Shown here: positions 8,382-19,900 of the stretch, in pieces
Layout: each line of letters starts with the position of its first letter
How positions within the stretch are numbered: the stretch's first letter is position 1
Assembly (NCBI GenBank): GCA_008369845.1
Contig: MRSU01000035.1
Span: forward strand, 1 to 56,309
From: Trichomonas gallinae
Taxonomy: Eukaryota
Reading direction: 5' to 3'
Length of the DNA: 56,309 nt
Program-made: the position numbers and the translations under genes
Notes under the pieces: generated by a model
The model's database searches: none
What the model saw: the letters and a program-made list of their open reading frames with translations, nothing else
Told to the model about the DNA's origin: nothing

Positions 8382-10913
8382 ATGACTCAAGCAGAATATC
8401 TTGAATCTGCTTTGAGAAATTTAAATTCAAATGATAACAATGAACGAGATGCAGCTAATCGGTATCTTAATGAACGAATTCAAGGCGAGTTGATGCCTTT
8501 ATTAGAATCAATTATTGGACTTTTGGATTTACATAAGGAAGATATAAATTTCGTTAGAACATGCATAGTTATGGTTGGAAGAATACTAAAAATTCGGTTT
8601 GGAAGATTCGTTATTCGACCAAAGATTTGGAATCAAAGTATTAATTTAGAAGCAATACATAATATTGTATCATCATTACTAACATACGATGATGTAATTA
8701 TAAGACAATATGCTTCGCATTGTTTAGCAAGATTTGCAGAAAAAGAAATCCCATTTGGAGGATGGCAAGAGTTTTATCCAATGGTGTTTGATCAAATACA
8801 AAACAAGTCAAATAATGAATACATTATCATCGGCTATATGAATGTTCTCAAAGAATTATTATCATGCAATACATATATTAATGGAACAGGTGTAGTTCCA
8901 TTCATTTCAGAGTTCAATCCACAGCTTCCACAAATACTTGAGAATGTTTTTAATGTATCTACTCAATACTTCGGAGATAATTCTTCTCCAAAAGCAATAA
9001 TATTAATTTCACTTGAATTATTCGACGAATTTTTCAAGTTCTTTGAGTCTTATGTGAACAACAATGGCACAATTCGTGAAAATTGTATTTCATCAATTAT
9101 GAACTGCTTACAATACAATGATGACGAGATACATAAGAAAGCAATGTGGTTACTTGCTAAAGTCATTAAAAAATGCTATGTTGCCCTTAATCAATATATG
9201 CCAATAATATTTAATATGACAATTACTGATATTAATAGTGAAGATCGTAGAAGAATCATAGATGCACTCGATCTATGGATAGAAATCGGCAGTGCTGAGC
9301 TTTCAAGTTCCGAATGCATGAATTACATGCAAAATTCAAGCGTTGATCTATTACCTTTAACATTAATGATGCTAAGAAGGTTTGATGACAGTGATGATCA
9401 ACCAGAGGCAGTCGAAGGCGAAGCAATTCACAAATCAGCATCTTTGCTTTTAGAAAAATTCATGGCAACAATTCCTGAAACAGCAGGACCAATGATAGCT
9501 GAAGTATTCACGCAACAAATAGTTTCGGAAAATCCTGGAGACAGATTCGCAGCTTGTTTGTGTTTGAGCTGTCTATTAACATCCCGCGACAGCCAGAATG
9601 TTTTAGATACAATAACAAGCAATCTAGGCATATTAATCCAGCAATGCTTAGATCCAGTCCTTCTTGTTGCCGAAAACGCTCTTTGGGTATTATCTAGAGT
9701 CATTGATTATTGCAACACAGTTTTATCGATGGACCAAGTCTTGGAAATTGTTTTCAAGTCATTACAAAGGGAGTGCACTGAAATTAGAGAAAGAGCTTTG
9801 CAATTGTTGAATGAAAAACTGAGGAAAGATAACGAATACGATGCTTACGCTGATTCATTGATACAAACATTCTTCGATTGTCTTGGAAATGATTCAATGC
9901 GCGATGATATGATATTAAATGCATTATTTGAGTGCATCTGCAGTTTTATCGACAACTTATCCCCTGAATTCAATTTTGGAGCATTTTTCAAGCAGTGCAG
10001 GGAATATCTTGCTGAAGAAATCTCAGATGTCACAAGAAAAAACAGAGAAGTTGTGATTGCTAACTTTATGGTGGTTTATTACACATTCTGCATAAGGGCA
10101 GCTACGCCATCAGCTTTCAATTGGGGTTTCTTCATTCCAGATATGATAGAAGTTGTTACTTCTGCAATGATAGCTGCCAAAGATTCTAACGTTGACATTG
10201 AAGCCCTCAAAACGCTATCACTGATAACATACCTCATCATTGGCACAGAGAATATCCTTAGTTTCGCACAAAGCATGCTTCAAATTATTCCTGATATGAT
10301 TCAAAATGAAAACACAGCTATTTCTTCGCGTGCAGCAATTCTATTATCAGACTTAATAACAGCAGCAAATGCTCAACCGCCAGATATAAGAGAAATGTTC
10401 CAAACAGTTTCATCGATTTACAATTCTGACACAGCTACAATTGATGACAAAATTAGAATCTTGACTTGTTTGTCTTCAATGATTTCTATCAATGATGTTT
10501 TCGCGCACGATGTTTCATCTGATTTCCTTTTGAGATGCTTAGACCTCAGCAAAATGAAAATCGATGATTGCGATGCACTGACTATGTTAAGGGTGTTTAT
10601 AACATTATCGGATTCATATAAGAAATTTATAGAAATTATGGCTGAAGATATTCAGTTTTTGCTGTTGAATATTAATCAATTTGTCAAGCTCATTGGTTTC
10701 TTTGAGAGTTTGATGCCAGTTGATGATGAAAATGCAGTCTGGAAGCTTATTATGTATATCAACACTTTAATGAATTATTTTGGAATTTCTGTCGGCGAAA
10801 AACTGCAAAACACTGCGGCACCGCAAATTCTTATGTTTTATACACAAAATCCATTATCTGAAAGAATACATAACACTTCTAAAACATGTTACCAATTATT
10901 AATGAGATCTTAA
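8382..10913 (+). CDS. importin-beta/karyopherin-like HEAT-repeat protein
   Basis: ATG at 8382 follows Inr ttcacttt. ERDAANRYLNE, AEKEIPFGGWQEF and DALDLWIEIG segments are typical of importin-beta; 843 aa. Confidence 0.75.
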   Translation: MTQAEYLESALRNLNSNDNNERDAANRYLNERIQGELMPLLESIIGLLDLHKEDINFVRTCIVMVGRILKIRFGRFVIRPKIWNQSINLEAIHNIVSSLLTYDDVIIRQYASHCLARFAEKEIPFGGWQEFYPMVFDQIQNKSNNEYIIIGYMNVLKELLSCNTYINGTGVVPFISEFNPQLPQILENVFNVSTQYFGDNSSPKAIILISLELFDEFFKFFESYVNNNGTIRENCISSIMNCLQYNDDEIHKKAMWLLAKVIKKCYVALNQYMPIIFNMTITDINSEDRRRIIDALDLWIEIGSAELSSSECMNYMQNSSVDLLPLTLMMLRRFDDSDDQPEAVEGEAIHKSASLLLEKFMATIPETAGPMIAEVFTQQIVSENPGDRFAACLCLSCLLTSRDSQNVLDTITSNLGILIQQCLDPVLLVAENALWVLSRVIDYCNTVLSMDQVLEIVFKSLQRECTEIRERALQLLNEKLRKDNEYDAYADSLIQTFFDCLGNDSMRDDMILNALFECICSFIDNLSPEFNFGAFFKQCREYLAEEISDVTRKNREVVIANFMVVYYTFCIRAATPSAFNWGFFIPDMIEVVTSAMIAAKDSNVDIEALKTLSLITYLIIGTENILSFAQSMLQIIPDMIQNENTAISSRAAILLSDLITAANAQPPDIREMFQTVSSIYNSDTATIDDKIRILTCLSSMISINDVFAHDVSSDFLLRCLDLSKMKIDDCDALTMLRVFITLSDSYKKFIEIMAEDIQFLLLNINQFVKLIGFFESLMPVDDENAVWKLIMYINTLMNYFGISVGEKLQNTAAPQILMFYTQNPLSERIHNTSKTCYQLLMRS

Positions 10914-11313
10914 TCAAAAGAAGCGCAAAGCAAAAACAAAACAACAACAACAACGAGCTTTTTGAAGTGCATTGAAGCAATATATTGGGATGTAATTTAC
11001 AAATTTTGAAATCAATATTTTCTATATAATCGTATCTACTTTTAACATGTATTAGGCTGTCACATTGGTAATAATTCATCGATTTTCGATGAATTAAAAA
11101 AAATTTTATTCGAGTATCAATCTATGTTTTGCTGTGTTCGGCATTCTTAGCTGCAGGCTTAGAATATTATACATATATAGACGTTATCTTCTCTTTCTTT
11201 TTGTTTCATATATTAATTTTCATATTATTCATTAAATTATTGTATTTATCGTGTATATGTTCGTTTTATTTAGATATTTAAGCATTTATAAGGTGTAATA
11301 TAGATAAAACATT

Positions 11314-12426
11314 TTATTCGAGCTTCATCGAGATTAATAATCTTCGCACTTCAATAAATAATGCACATAGCGCTGCAGTTCCAATCATGCCCAAAAGGCA
11401 GAACATTATCATGTTTGGATCACGTTTCTTAATATATCCTTCTCTGAAACTATTACATGTTTGATTTTGTATTAGATGATCATAGTATCTAAGTCTACCA
11501 CCATCCATAATATGCTTTTTATAGTATAAATCACAGTTATGCGTGTGAGAATGCAATAACATAAATGGAATATCTGCCTCTGTTAGTCCTGCAGGGTTAA
11601 ATATGTCCTTATCAAGATCTGTAGCAAGGCCAAATTCTATTTTTCCGCAGTAATCTTGCGTAATATTGAGGAATGAGTTAAATTGTGTTTGAACAATTTG
11701 TCTATCAACGAAATACAAAGCTCTTGGCTTTGATGTATTTATTTGGGATAATTCTGATCCCTTGTAATAGTGTACATATGAATTTCTATTTGTTTCGATA
11801 AACCAATCGAAATTTCCAATGTCTCCTTTGATCTTATACATACAATATGGAGACCTGTAGACTCTAAGAGACACTTTTGTCCTTGGTTTGTATCTAACTG
11901 TGAATCTATTTCCGAATGGTCTGAATTTCGTTGCAAGTTTAGTGTATTTTTCGAGAATATCTTTATGGTCACGCTGTATAACTAGATGGAAGTATGATGA
12001 TCCATGAATTGTGTTCACAATCCTTGATCCGTGGGCTCCACCTTCGATCTCAATAACTGGACCGTAAGTAGCTTCATCAACTAGTTTCTGCCATTCTCTT
12101 GGATCTGGACTGTTTGTATTTTCCCACTTAAATGGGTCTGGACCGCTCATAACAAACCAATATGGAATCGAAAATGCTCCTTTCGATGCGCACCAGGCTC
12201 TATCCAAGCAATTTATCATCATAAATGATATGTTGGCGTCTTTCTTCTGTTTGTTGTAGAAATCCATGAATGCTTCCTTCTTTCCTTTGCACATCGGGCA
12301 CCAGTCCGCGTACATCAGGGCAAAAACTGGTTTCTCAATACTGTTGAGGGCCAATAAATCGAACTCGTCTTGCTTGAACTGAATCAAGTCCAAAGGATAA
12401 CAATGAAAAGAAAACAAGAAAAGCAT
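11314..12426 (-). CDS. membrane-anchored thioredoxin/PDI-family protein
   Basis: Short hydrophobic leader MLFLFSF, YADWCPMC active site, C-terminal TM helix. Start moved to the first ATG. Confidence 0.8.
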   Translation of the reverse strand: MLFLFSFHCYPLDLIQFKQDEFDLLALNSIEKPVFALMYADWCPMCKGKKEAFMDFYNKQKKDANISFMMINCLDRAWCASKGAFSIPYWFVMSGPDPFKWENTNSPDPREWQKLVDEATYGPVIEIEGGAHGSRIVNTIHGSSYFHLVIQRDHKDILEKYTKLATKFRPFGNRFTVRYKPRTKVSLRVYRSPYCMYKIKGDIGNFDWFIETNRNSYVHYYKGSELSQINTSKPRALYFVDRQIVQTQFNSFLNITQDYCGKIEFGLATDLDKDIFNPAGLTEADIPFMLLHSHTHNCDLYYKKHIMDGGRLRYYDHLIQNQTCNSFREGYIKKRDPNMIMFCLLGMIGTAALCALFIEVRRLLISMKLE

Positions 12427-13789
12427 TTGTGATTTCCGAAAATTATTTTCGCTATTTAACACTAAATATAGATAGTACACATTATAAAACACCTAAATTA
12501 TAAAAATTATAGCTCATTTTCAAATTTTCAATCTGATTGAATTACAAAACAATATTGGCACTTGTCTCAATGAAAAACAGATTAATATGGAGCACATCTT
12601 TCATATTGTCAAAGTGAAACTAGTCAGAAATTGATTACATTTGAATTTAGAAATATCTTTTGTAAGAAACATATTTATTAAATATCGCAGTTTATAATAT
12701 GACATAGTCACTTATCTCCTTTGATATCAAATGAAAGTTTTAAAGGATTTTTATTATTTTAATATTCAATAACAATTCATATAGCAGCTAATTTATGTTG
12801 TCCTGATGCAACTGATTTATAATTGAATGAACAATGACTTCTTGTTTAAAATCGAAAATTTGAATATTTTAGAAAAACTCTTTATTATTTCTAAGCTCTC
12901 ATACCAAAACATGATTGAGACAAATATCATGTATACATCAACCAAATTAGAGATTAATCGATTTAAGTTATCTTAAAATTATTTGCTACAAACTTTGATC
13001 GGCAACATATGCAAACAAATCCAAATTCTTGTAGCCCTTGGTATAATTTATACGATTTATGGCCTACATTTCCAGTTTATACGTACTCCCAAATCGACAT
13101 CAATTTTATTAGCAAAAATGAGGATTTTTATTGAATGGTCCATGTAATGTTGTCCAGATGCCTCCAATGCATACAATTTCTGCCTTATATATATTCACGC
13201 AGAATCAATCCAATGAATAAAAAAAAAAATTCCTAAATAAAGAAATAAAAAATATTGACGATGAATTTTTTTCCCCAATGCATTAAATTTTGGTTATATT
13301 GTCTATAAATGATTCCGATTATCCAAGAAAAATTCAATTCCGATAAATGTTACAAAATTCGTAAATATTTGATCTATATTAAATATACCGATTAATATTT
13401 TGTCTAAATTTTCATTCAAAAAAATATTTTTACGTAATTTTATCATCGAAATGGAATGTATATATTATCTATATGTTATTTTTCAACAAATTATTGAGAA
13501 ATTTTGAGTTAATGTTTATAAAACTTTTAAAATGACAAATCTATAATGAACATATGGTGAAACAGCATATTTTGCTAAAAAATTTAAAATGACCCGTCCA
13601 AAATTTAAAATGATAAATTTTCATGCCACATATGATATAACAATATATCAGAATAAAAAACGATACGATTATTTCCAACTCAAAATCGAAAATTTTAGAA
13701 ATGAAAATTATTACATATGGAATAATTTAGCATTTACAAACATTTTAAACATCCTTTCGCGCCCGTATCACGCTTAGAAAAATTTAAAA

Positions 13790-14050
13790 TTGAAATGACC
13801 CATTCAACTTTTCAAATAATAAATTCCATATTTCATATATAATAAAACAATATATTATAATGAAAAAATTTTAAAAGACCCATTTTTTCAAATAATAAAT
13901 CCATATATAACATAAAATATAGTATTATATTATGATAATGAAAAATTTGACAGGAATATTCATTTTTTTAAAAAAAAAGATAAATATATATATTAAATAT
14001 AGTATAGTCACAATTGATGGTAAAAAAATTGAAATGACCCATTCAAACGA
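13790..14050. repeat. degenerate ~80-bp tandem repeat upstream of the USP gene
   Basis: (a)aatgacccattc...ttcaaataataaat...ataatgaaaaa recurs at ~13792, ~13873 and ~14031, with a related copy at ~13586. Confidence 0.6.
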
Positions 14051-14171
14051 TTTAAACGATGAAGAAATGCATGATCAACCCAAAAACGAGTGATAAAAAA
14101 ATATCGAAAATTGACGATAAAAAAATTTACATATCGGTTATTTTTATAAAAAAAAATATCCTTGAGGAATA

Positions 14172-16580
14172 ATGGAGAATGGGCCCACTCTACAGGCTCA
14201 TGATGAGAAGGAGATCATCAAGGCCTTCGAGGAGAAATACAAACTGGTGCCGGAGAACCGCGGATACATCATTTCAGCGACTTTTGTCCGCGAATGGAAA
14301 AAGTATGTTGACTTTAATGACAAGAAAACCACTGGTCCTCGTCCACAAGCTATAGATAACCGCAAATTATTGAACGAAAATAACGAATTAAGGAAAAACG
14401 CAATTATTAATTTAGAATTTGAAGTTATTTCTCAACAAGTTTGGGAAACATTCATATCTTGGTACAGCGGTGGTCCAGAGATCACGGTCGAAATCGCACA
14501 CGATCCAATTCGTAATAAGAATGTTCCTGTTTTGAAATATTCCACATACAAACTTTGCTACGGATCTCAACTGAAAACGATCGTAATATCAAAGTATTCG
14601 CGTGTGTCTGACCTCGCTTCGCGCGCTTTACAGCTATTTGAATTTTCGCCTGATGAATACCACCTTAGAAACTACGAAGGTCGTATTCCGGGCGAAGTTC
14701 TCGACCCGGCCAAGATTATTTGTGAGTATATGCTCAAAGATAATCAGGAAATTTTGATCGAACAAAATGCAGTAGATCAAACAAAATCGGAATTCTACTC
14801 AACGAAGGCATGCTCCGTCGCCGATATTCAAGAAGAGGTTCACCCAGAAACGAAAGAGCTACACACACTGCAACCATTGAATAAGCGCGCAGTTTCTCTT
14901 GTCGCTATTGACGAAATTGACAAGCCGCAGCCAGGCACAGCTGGATTTCTTAACCTTGGTAACACTTGCTACATGAATTCTTCACTTCAGTGCTTATTCC
15001 ACACGCCGCCGCTTTTGCACATGCTCGAGGGCACTGAATGGACAAACTACCCGAACAATGGCCAAATACTCAGCCCGTTCGTCGAATTATGCAAGATTTT
15101 ATGGAGCGGCACGCAATCTGTTATTAATCCTCACGGATTCAAAGACATTATCGATAGAATAGCGCCAGAGTTTCGTGGCAGGGATCCGCACGACGCGCAT
15201 GAATTCCTTAGCACTCTTCTGAGAAATATTCATGACGATATGAACATTGCTAAAGGCCGTCCGCAATCTATCAAAATGACACGTGACCCCATGCAGGCAT
15301 GGAATGCAATGAAAGCTACCGATGATTCTCCGATTATCGACATTTTCTTCGGAATGTGCCGCCACACGCTTACTTGCCCTAAATGCAACCAGAAACAGTC
15401 ATCATTTGAGCCATTCATGACATTAAACTTGCCACTTCCGCCTCGCAAGGTTATCACGATTCAAATTATCTTTGTTCCGGCCAATCCAGTCGAACCGATG
15501 AGGACAATGAAGCTCAAGGTGTTCGAAGATGCCACTCTCGAGGAATACGAAGAAAGTATTTCTCTTGAAGTCAAACACAAGTGCTACATCTCGTTCGCTG
15601 ATGTACAGGAGAGCACACATCGGGCTGTGTTTATCCCCAATTATAAAGCTCCAGCTCCAGGACATGAAGTTTACGCTTTTGAAATTACATCTCATTATTC
15701 TCTTCACGTCGTTGTCTGGCTCTGCGTCAGGATCAAGAAACCATACCAGCGCAACATGATGAAGATGGGCATGCCATACATTCTCTCTATTTCCAATGAA
15801 AATGCGACTACAATGGAAATCTTAAGAATTTGCGACCAATTCTTCTCATATCTGTGGGAAGGCAAAAGCGAGAAGCTTCCACCTGATCTCCAGGACCTCA
15901 AGGAGAAGCTCATCGACTTCGGAAAGCCATGCAACACGAGATTCAAGATCAAACTTGAAAAGAAACTTTTCTCTAAGTCGACGACATTCAAGCCGTTCGA
16001 TGGAGTCCCGTGGGTCTCCAAGCGCAATGTCTACGCCATCCTCAACACGCAGTTCTTGCTGGAAGGACAATTCAACTGGGGAATGATCCGCAGGCAGCTT
16101 AGACAGACGGCTACAATGCCATCGAACAGGACGTGCAGCCCAATCAACCGCTGCTTCGACACATTCGAGATGGAGGAGACACTTGACGCGAAGAACCTTT
16201 GGTACTGCAGTGAATGCAAGACAAATGTTGCCGCCAAGTCTCAGACACTCATCTGGAGGCTCCCCAAAGTATTGATCATCCAGCTCAAGAGGTTCTACCA
16301 GGAAGGCATGAGGCTGCTTAAGAATGATACTTTCGTAAAGTACCCGATCATGCTGGACATGAACGAGCACTTCGGCGGTCCTGGCGTCGGCGGCAAGTAC
16401 AGACTCTTCGCCGTCATGGAGCACCAGGGCTCTTTAACTGGCGGCCACTACGAGGCTGACTGCTTCGTCGAAGGCATCAACCAGTGGTACCACTACTCGG
16501 ATGCGACGGCAAGGGAGTGCACAGATGCGCAGGCGGTCAACGCAAACGCTTACCTTCTCTTCTATCAGCGCATAGACTGA
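14172..16580 (+). CDS. ubiquitin-specific protease (peptidase C19, DUSP-UBL type, USP4/11/15-like)
   Basis: DUSP region (W..Y...P..IDN, W.....WYSGGP), Cys box GFLNLGNTCYMNSSLQCL, His box HQGSLTGGHY, AYLLFYQR. Confidence 0.96.
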   Translation: MENGPTLQAHDEKEIIKAFEEKYKLVPENRGYIISATFVREWKKYVDFNDKKTTGPRPQAIDNRKLLNENNELRKNAIINLEFEVISQQVWETFISWYSGGPEITVEIAHDPIRNKNVPVLKYSTYKLCYGSQLKTIVISKYSRVSDLASRALQLFEFSPDEYHLRNYEGRIPGEVLDPAKIICEYMLKDNQEILIEQNAVDQTKSEFYSTKACSVADIQEEVHPETKELHTLQPLNKRAVSLVAIDEIDKPQPGTAGFLNLGNTCYMNSSLQCLFHTPPLLHMLEGTEWTNYPNNGQILSPFVELCKILWSGTQSVINPHGFKDIIDRIAPEFRGRDPHDAHEFLSTLLRNIHDDMNIAKGRPQSIKMTRDPMQAWNAMKATDDSPIIDIFFGMCRHTLTCPKCNQKQSSFEPFMTLNLPLPPRKVITIQIIFVPANPVEPMRTMKLKVFEDATLEEYEESISLEVKHKCYISFADVQESTHRAVFIPNYKAPAPGHEVYAFEITSHYSLHVVVWLCVRIKKPYQRNMMKMGMPYILSISNENATTMEILRICDQFFSYLWEGKSEKLPPDLQDLKEKLIDFGKPCNTRFKIKLEKKLFSKSTTFKPFDGVPWVSKRNVYAILNTQFLLEGQFNWGMIRRQLRQTATMPSNRTCSPINRCFDTFEMEETLDAKNLWYCSECKTNVAAKSQTLIWRLPKVLIIQLKRFYQEGMRLLKNDTFVKYPIMLDMNEHFGGPGVGGKYRLFAVMEHQGSLTGGHYEADCFVEGINQWYHYSDATARECTDAQAVNANAYLLFYQRID

Positions 16581-16942
16581 TCGCCAAATATTAGTTTTTT
16601 TTATTTTTAACTTTCTTACTATTAAAAAATATTTTGTTTGTTTTAACGGCATCATCAAAGTTTTTTCTCTATATGATAAAAAATCTCAACATATCTTAAG
16701 ATGTTGATGATATGATAGATTAATCAATAGTTATGATGGTATTTAAGAAGTGTTTGCATCTATAAATCTAATACATTCTTAACTATATATGTTAATGTTG
16801 GGTCAAATTTCATATCATAAGAAAACAATTTTTATTGATAAAAGATTCTTTGTTGTATGTGATATAAAAGGATCCATTAGTTTGTTCATGAATTAAAAAA
16901 GTAAAAATAACAAATTTTATTCACAAAAAAACTTAAAAAAAA

Positions 16943-19900
16943 TTAAGTGAAAATTTCATCGGATGAATCTGATGATAAGACTAAGTCACTTGAAGATTCA
17001 TCATCTTGTGGAGTTTCTTCTGGCTGTGAAGAAATGTATTGAGGTGGATTTGGTGGCACAATAACGCTCTGTTGTCGTTCTTCTGTCGCAAGCGTCGGCT
17101 GCATCGGTGGAGTAATGTATAGTTGCTGGTTCGAAGGCTGCATGCGCTCAGTTGTAGATACTGAAGAACCTTGCTGGAATGCAACATCAGTAGAAAGAGG
17201 CGGGTTTTGATATGGTAATGTTGTAGCAATGTTCGACTCGTTGTTTGGCATTGGTTGCGCGTGAACAGCAGGTTGAGTATTTAATGGGTTTCCAGTCATT
17301 TCTGATGGCGGGAAAATGTTGTATATCTTGAGGGAGTCGAAAGAAGAACTTGACAGCTCAGAGTCCTTCGACAAACTCTCGTAAATGTTGCCTGAATAAG
17401 GTGGAGGTGCATCAAAGATGAAATTGTGTCCGTCAACTTTCAAGCTGTTGTAGTCATCTTCTTCAGACAAATCTTTCGGTGGCGGAGGCGGCTGATTAAA
17501 CGTGATGTCTTCAGCTGTCTCGTACATCTCTTGTCTCATCTTGTTGAATATGTTCGAAGAAGAAACTTCGCTGAATGATCTTGAATAAAATGTTTCTTCC
17601 ATTGGACCTTCACCAGACTTGTAATTTGATGAATGACTGTTAACTTCTTTGTCGACTTTGTTGAAATCTGGTTCCCAAGTCTTCAAATCATCTTCGCTCA
17701 GTTCTTTGAGCTGCGCTGATGCCAAAGCAGAGGAAAGAATGTCAACGATGTCTTGGACTGATTCTATGTTCATGAATTCGACAACAGGAAGTTTTTCTCT
17801 GTCAATCACTCGTGTGTCAACTCTCTTCCAGCCGTTTATTGGTTTTCTCGTGACAACAGTGAACTTAGGACTGAAATCGAGGATGTCAATGCATATGTGG
17901 TTGTCAGGATAAAGACTGACTAAGTTAAACATAGCTTTTGAAGCCGCAGGAATAAGTTTCGCGTCGCCATTCATAGGAAGCATGAAAGCGAGCAAAGATA
18001 TGTCTTGGACTCTTGATTCTGAAAGCTCTGGTTTTCCATTCTTCAAAGCAGAAGCGAGAAAATCGAATGCTAACGTGTCTATATATAAGTCGTTGCATGA
18101 AAAAGTCGTCAAAAGTGCCAAACAAAAATCAATAATATTTCCTATCATATCTGGAACATCATTGACTAGATTACAAATGAATTTCTCTGCGGTATTTTCA
18201 TCATTTTCTTCTTCTTTTCCATCAGCATATTTGTCTAAGAACATTCTTGTGTTTTCGATGAGTTTTCCGAATAATCCGCAGTAAGATTTTTCTCCCAATA
18301 GATAAGAAAGACAAATAAGTGCTTTTGAAGCTGCAACAACAGCATCATCGGCGAAAGATGAAGACTCTTGAACGTGAGGAACAAAAATTGACGCAACGAA
18401 TTCATCGCCGTTAATAGAATCGATGAATTTCTTCATTCTATCTGCTATAATTTCAACGACGTTTCTTGAAATCGATTTTACAACTAAATCTGTTATTAAT
18501 TTCATAGCAACCATTGGCAAGCCTCTCACAGTGTCAGTGGAAATGATTGTAATCAAAGAACACAATGTTGGAGGAACTTCGTCTTTGAAACTCTCCATAT
18601 CTAAATCACCTGACAATAATCTGTCATGTAAAACGTCGATTATTGGGTCCAACAGTTCATCCCTGTGCGAACCTAAACACTCCAAAATGAAAATATTAAG
18701 CAGGTAAACAGTCCTTGTTGTCAATTCATCCGAGAAAGCCATCAGCATGACCATTGGCTCCATGGAGCGCTCGTTTTTAGAGGCGCGAACAGAATTGGCG
18801 AAAACTATTTCGAAATATTTGGAAACGAAATGTTCGTCGACTTGTTTCATCAACTGACAAATTGTTGTTACAGCGGCATGATCATAGCAAAGAACCTGTT
18901 TGACGTTTTGTTCCAAAATCACTGAGTTTTGTGGCAACAAAGATGCAGCGCGTTTAATTAAATTCGCTTGTTGAAGTTTTTCCAAATTCGCGGTGAAATT
19001 TTCTTTAGGAGCAACTAATCTCAGCAAACACGCATCAATTATCGCATCAAGCAAAGGATGAAAACCAGGAACTTCCATGTTTTCAGCGTGATACTCAATA
19101 ACAGCGAAAAACACCAAAGGAGCCAAATAAGGCAAAATCAACTCTTTGAACAAATCAATAGATTCCAGCTGGAATAATATATCACTTAATGCACAAGCGG
19201 CGACGATTTCTTTTGTTGTTACAGCAAAATCAACATCATCTTTCTTCGCGTATTTCTTGAACTCTTCCAAATCTTTCGGACACCTTCTGTCGAATTTGGA
19301 TAATACAGGAATCAAAACTCCCGCGACTTCTTTAGGCTTTATTGTAAATACACTCGCTAACACGTGCGCTGACGCTGAAACTTCTGGAGATTTCGGTGAA
19401 AAAATCGTCGCGTATTGGAAAACTTGTCTCGCAAGGAAATATTCGTTTGAGATCTCGAAGTAATCATACCAGAGCTTCTTCATTGCTGTTGCTATGCTCG
19501 TTGAGTCTTGTCTGACCCTCGTTGTCATGTTGAGAAGCTGTGTGAGTGTTCCACTGTCGTGTGCCATTCTTCTGACTAAAGGCGCGACATTGGGTATAAC
19601 CCTTTCTTGAGAATCTTCGAAGAAAGCGAAGTCTTCAGCGATCAACATTATACAGCCTTTTAAGTCTACATCTGACGCGCTATTACACATGTATTCTATG
19701 AAGTGCTTGGCTTGGTGAACGTATCCGTATGATTCTAGGCTTGATACAACGATTTCTGTTTCATGAATGTCACCTTTGAAGAAATTTTTCCTTCCGCAGA
19801 GAAAAATCAACTTAAATGTTGCTTGTCTTGAGATTTCGTCAGGATTATCTATGTGTGCGATTATAGATGCAAGTATAATTGATCTGCCGCAGTTGTAGAG

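Noticed and set aside
15846..16424. 192-aa antisense ORF inside the USP gene
   Set aside because: Shadow ORF caused by GC-rich codon bias of the sense gene.
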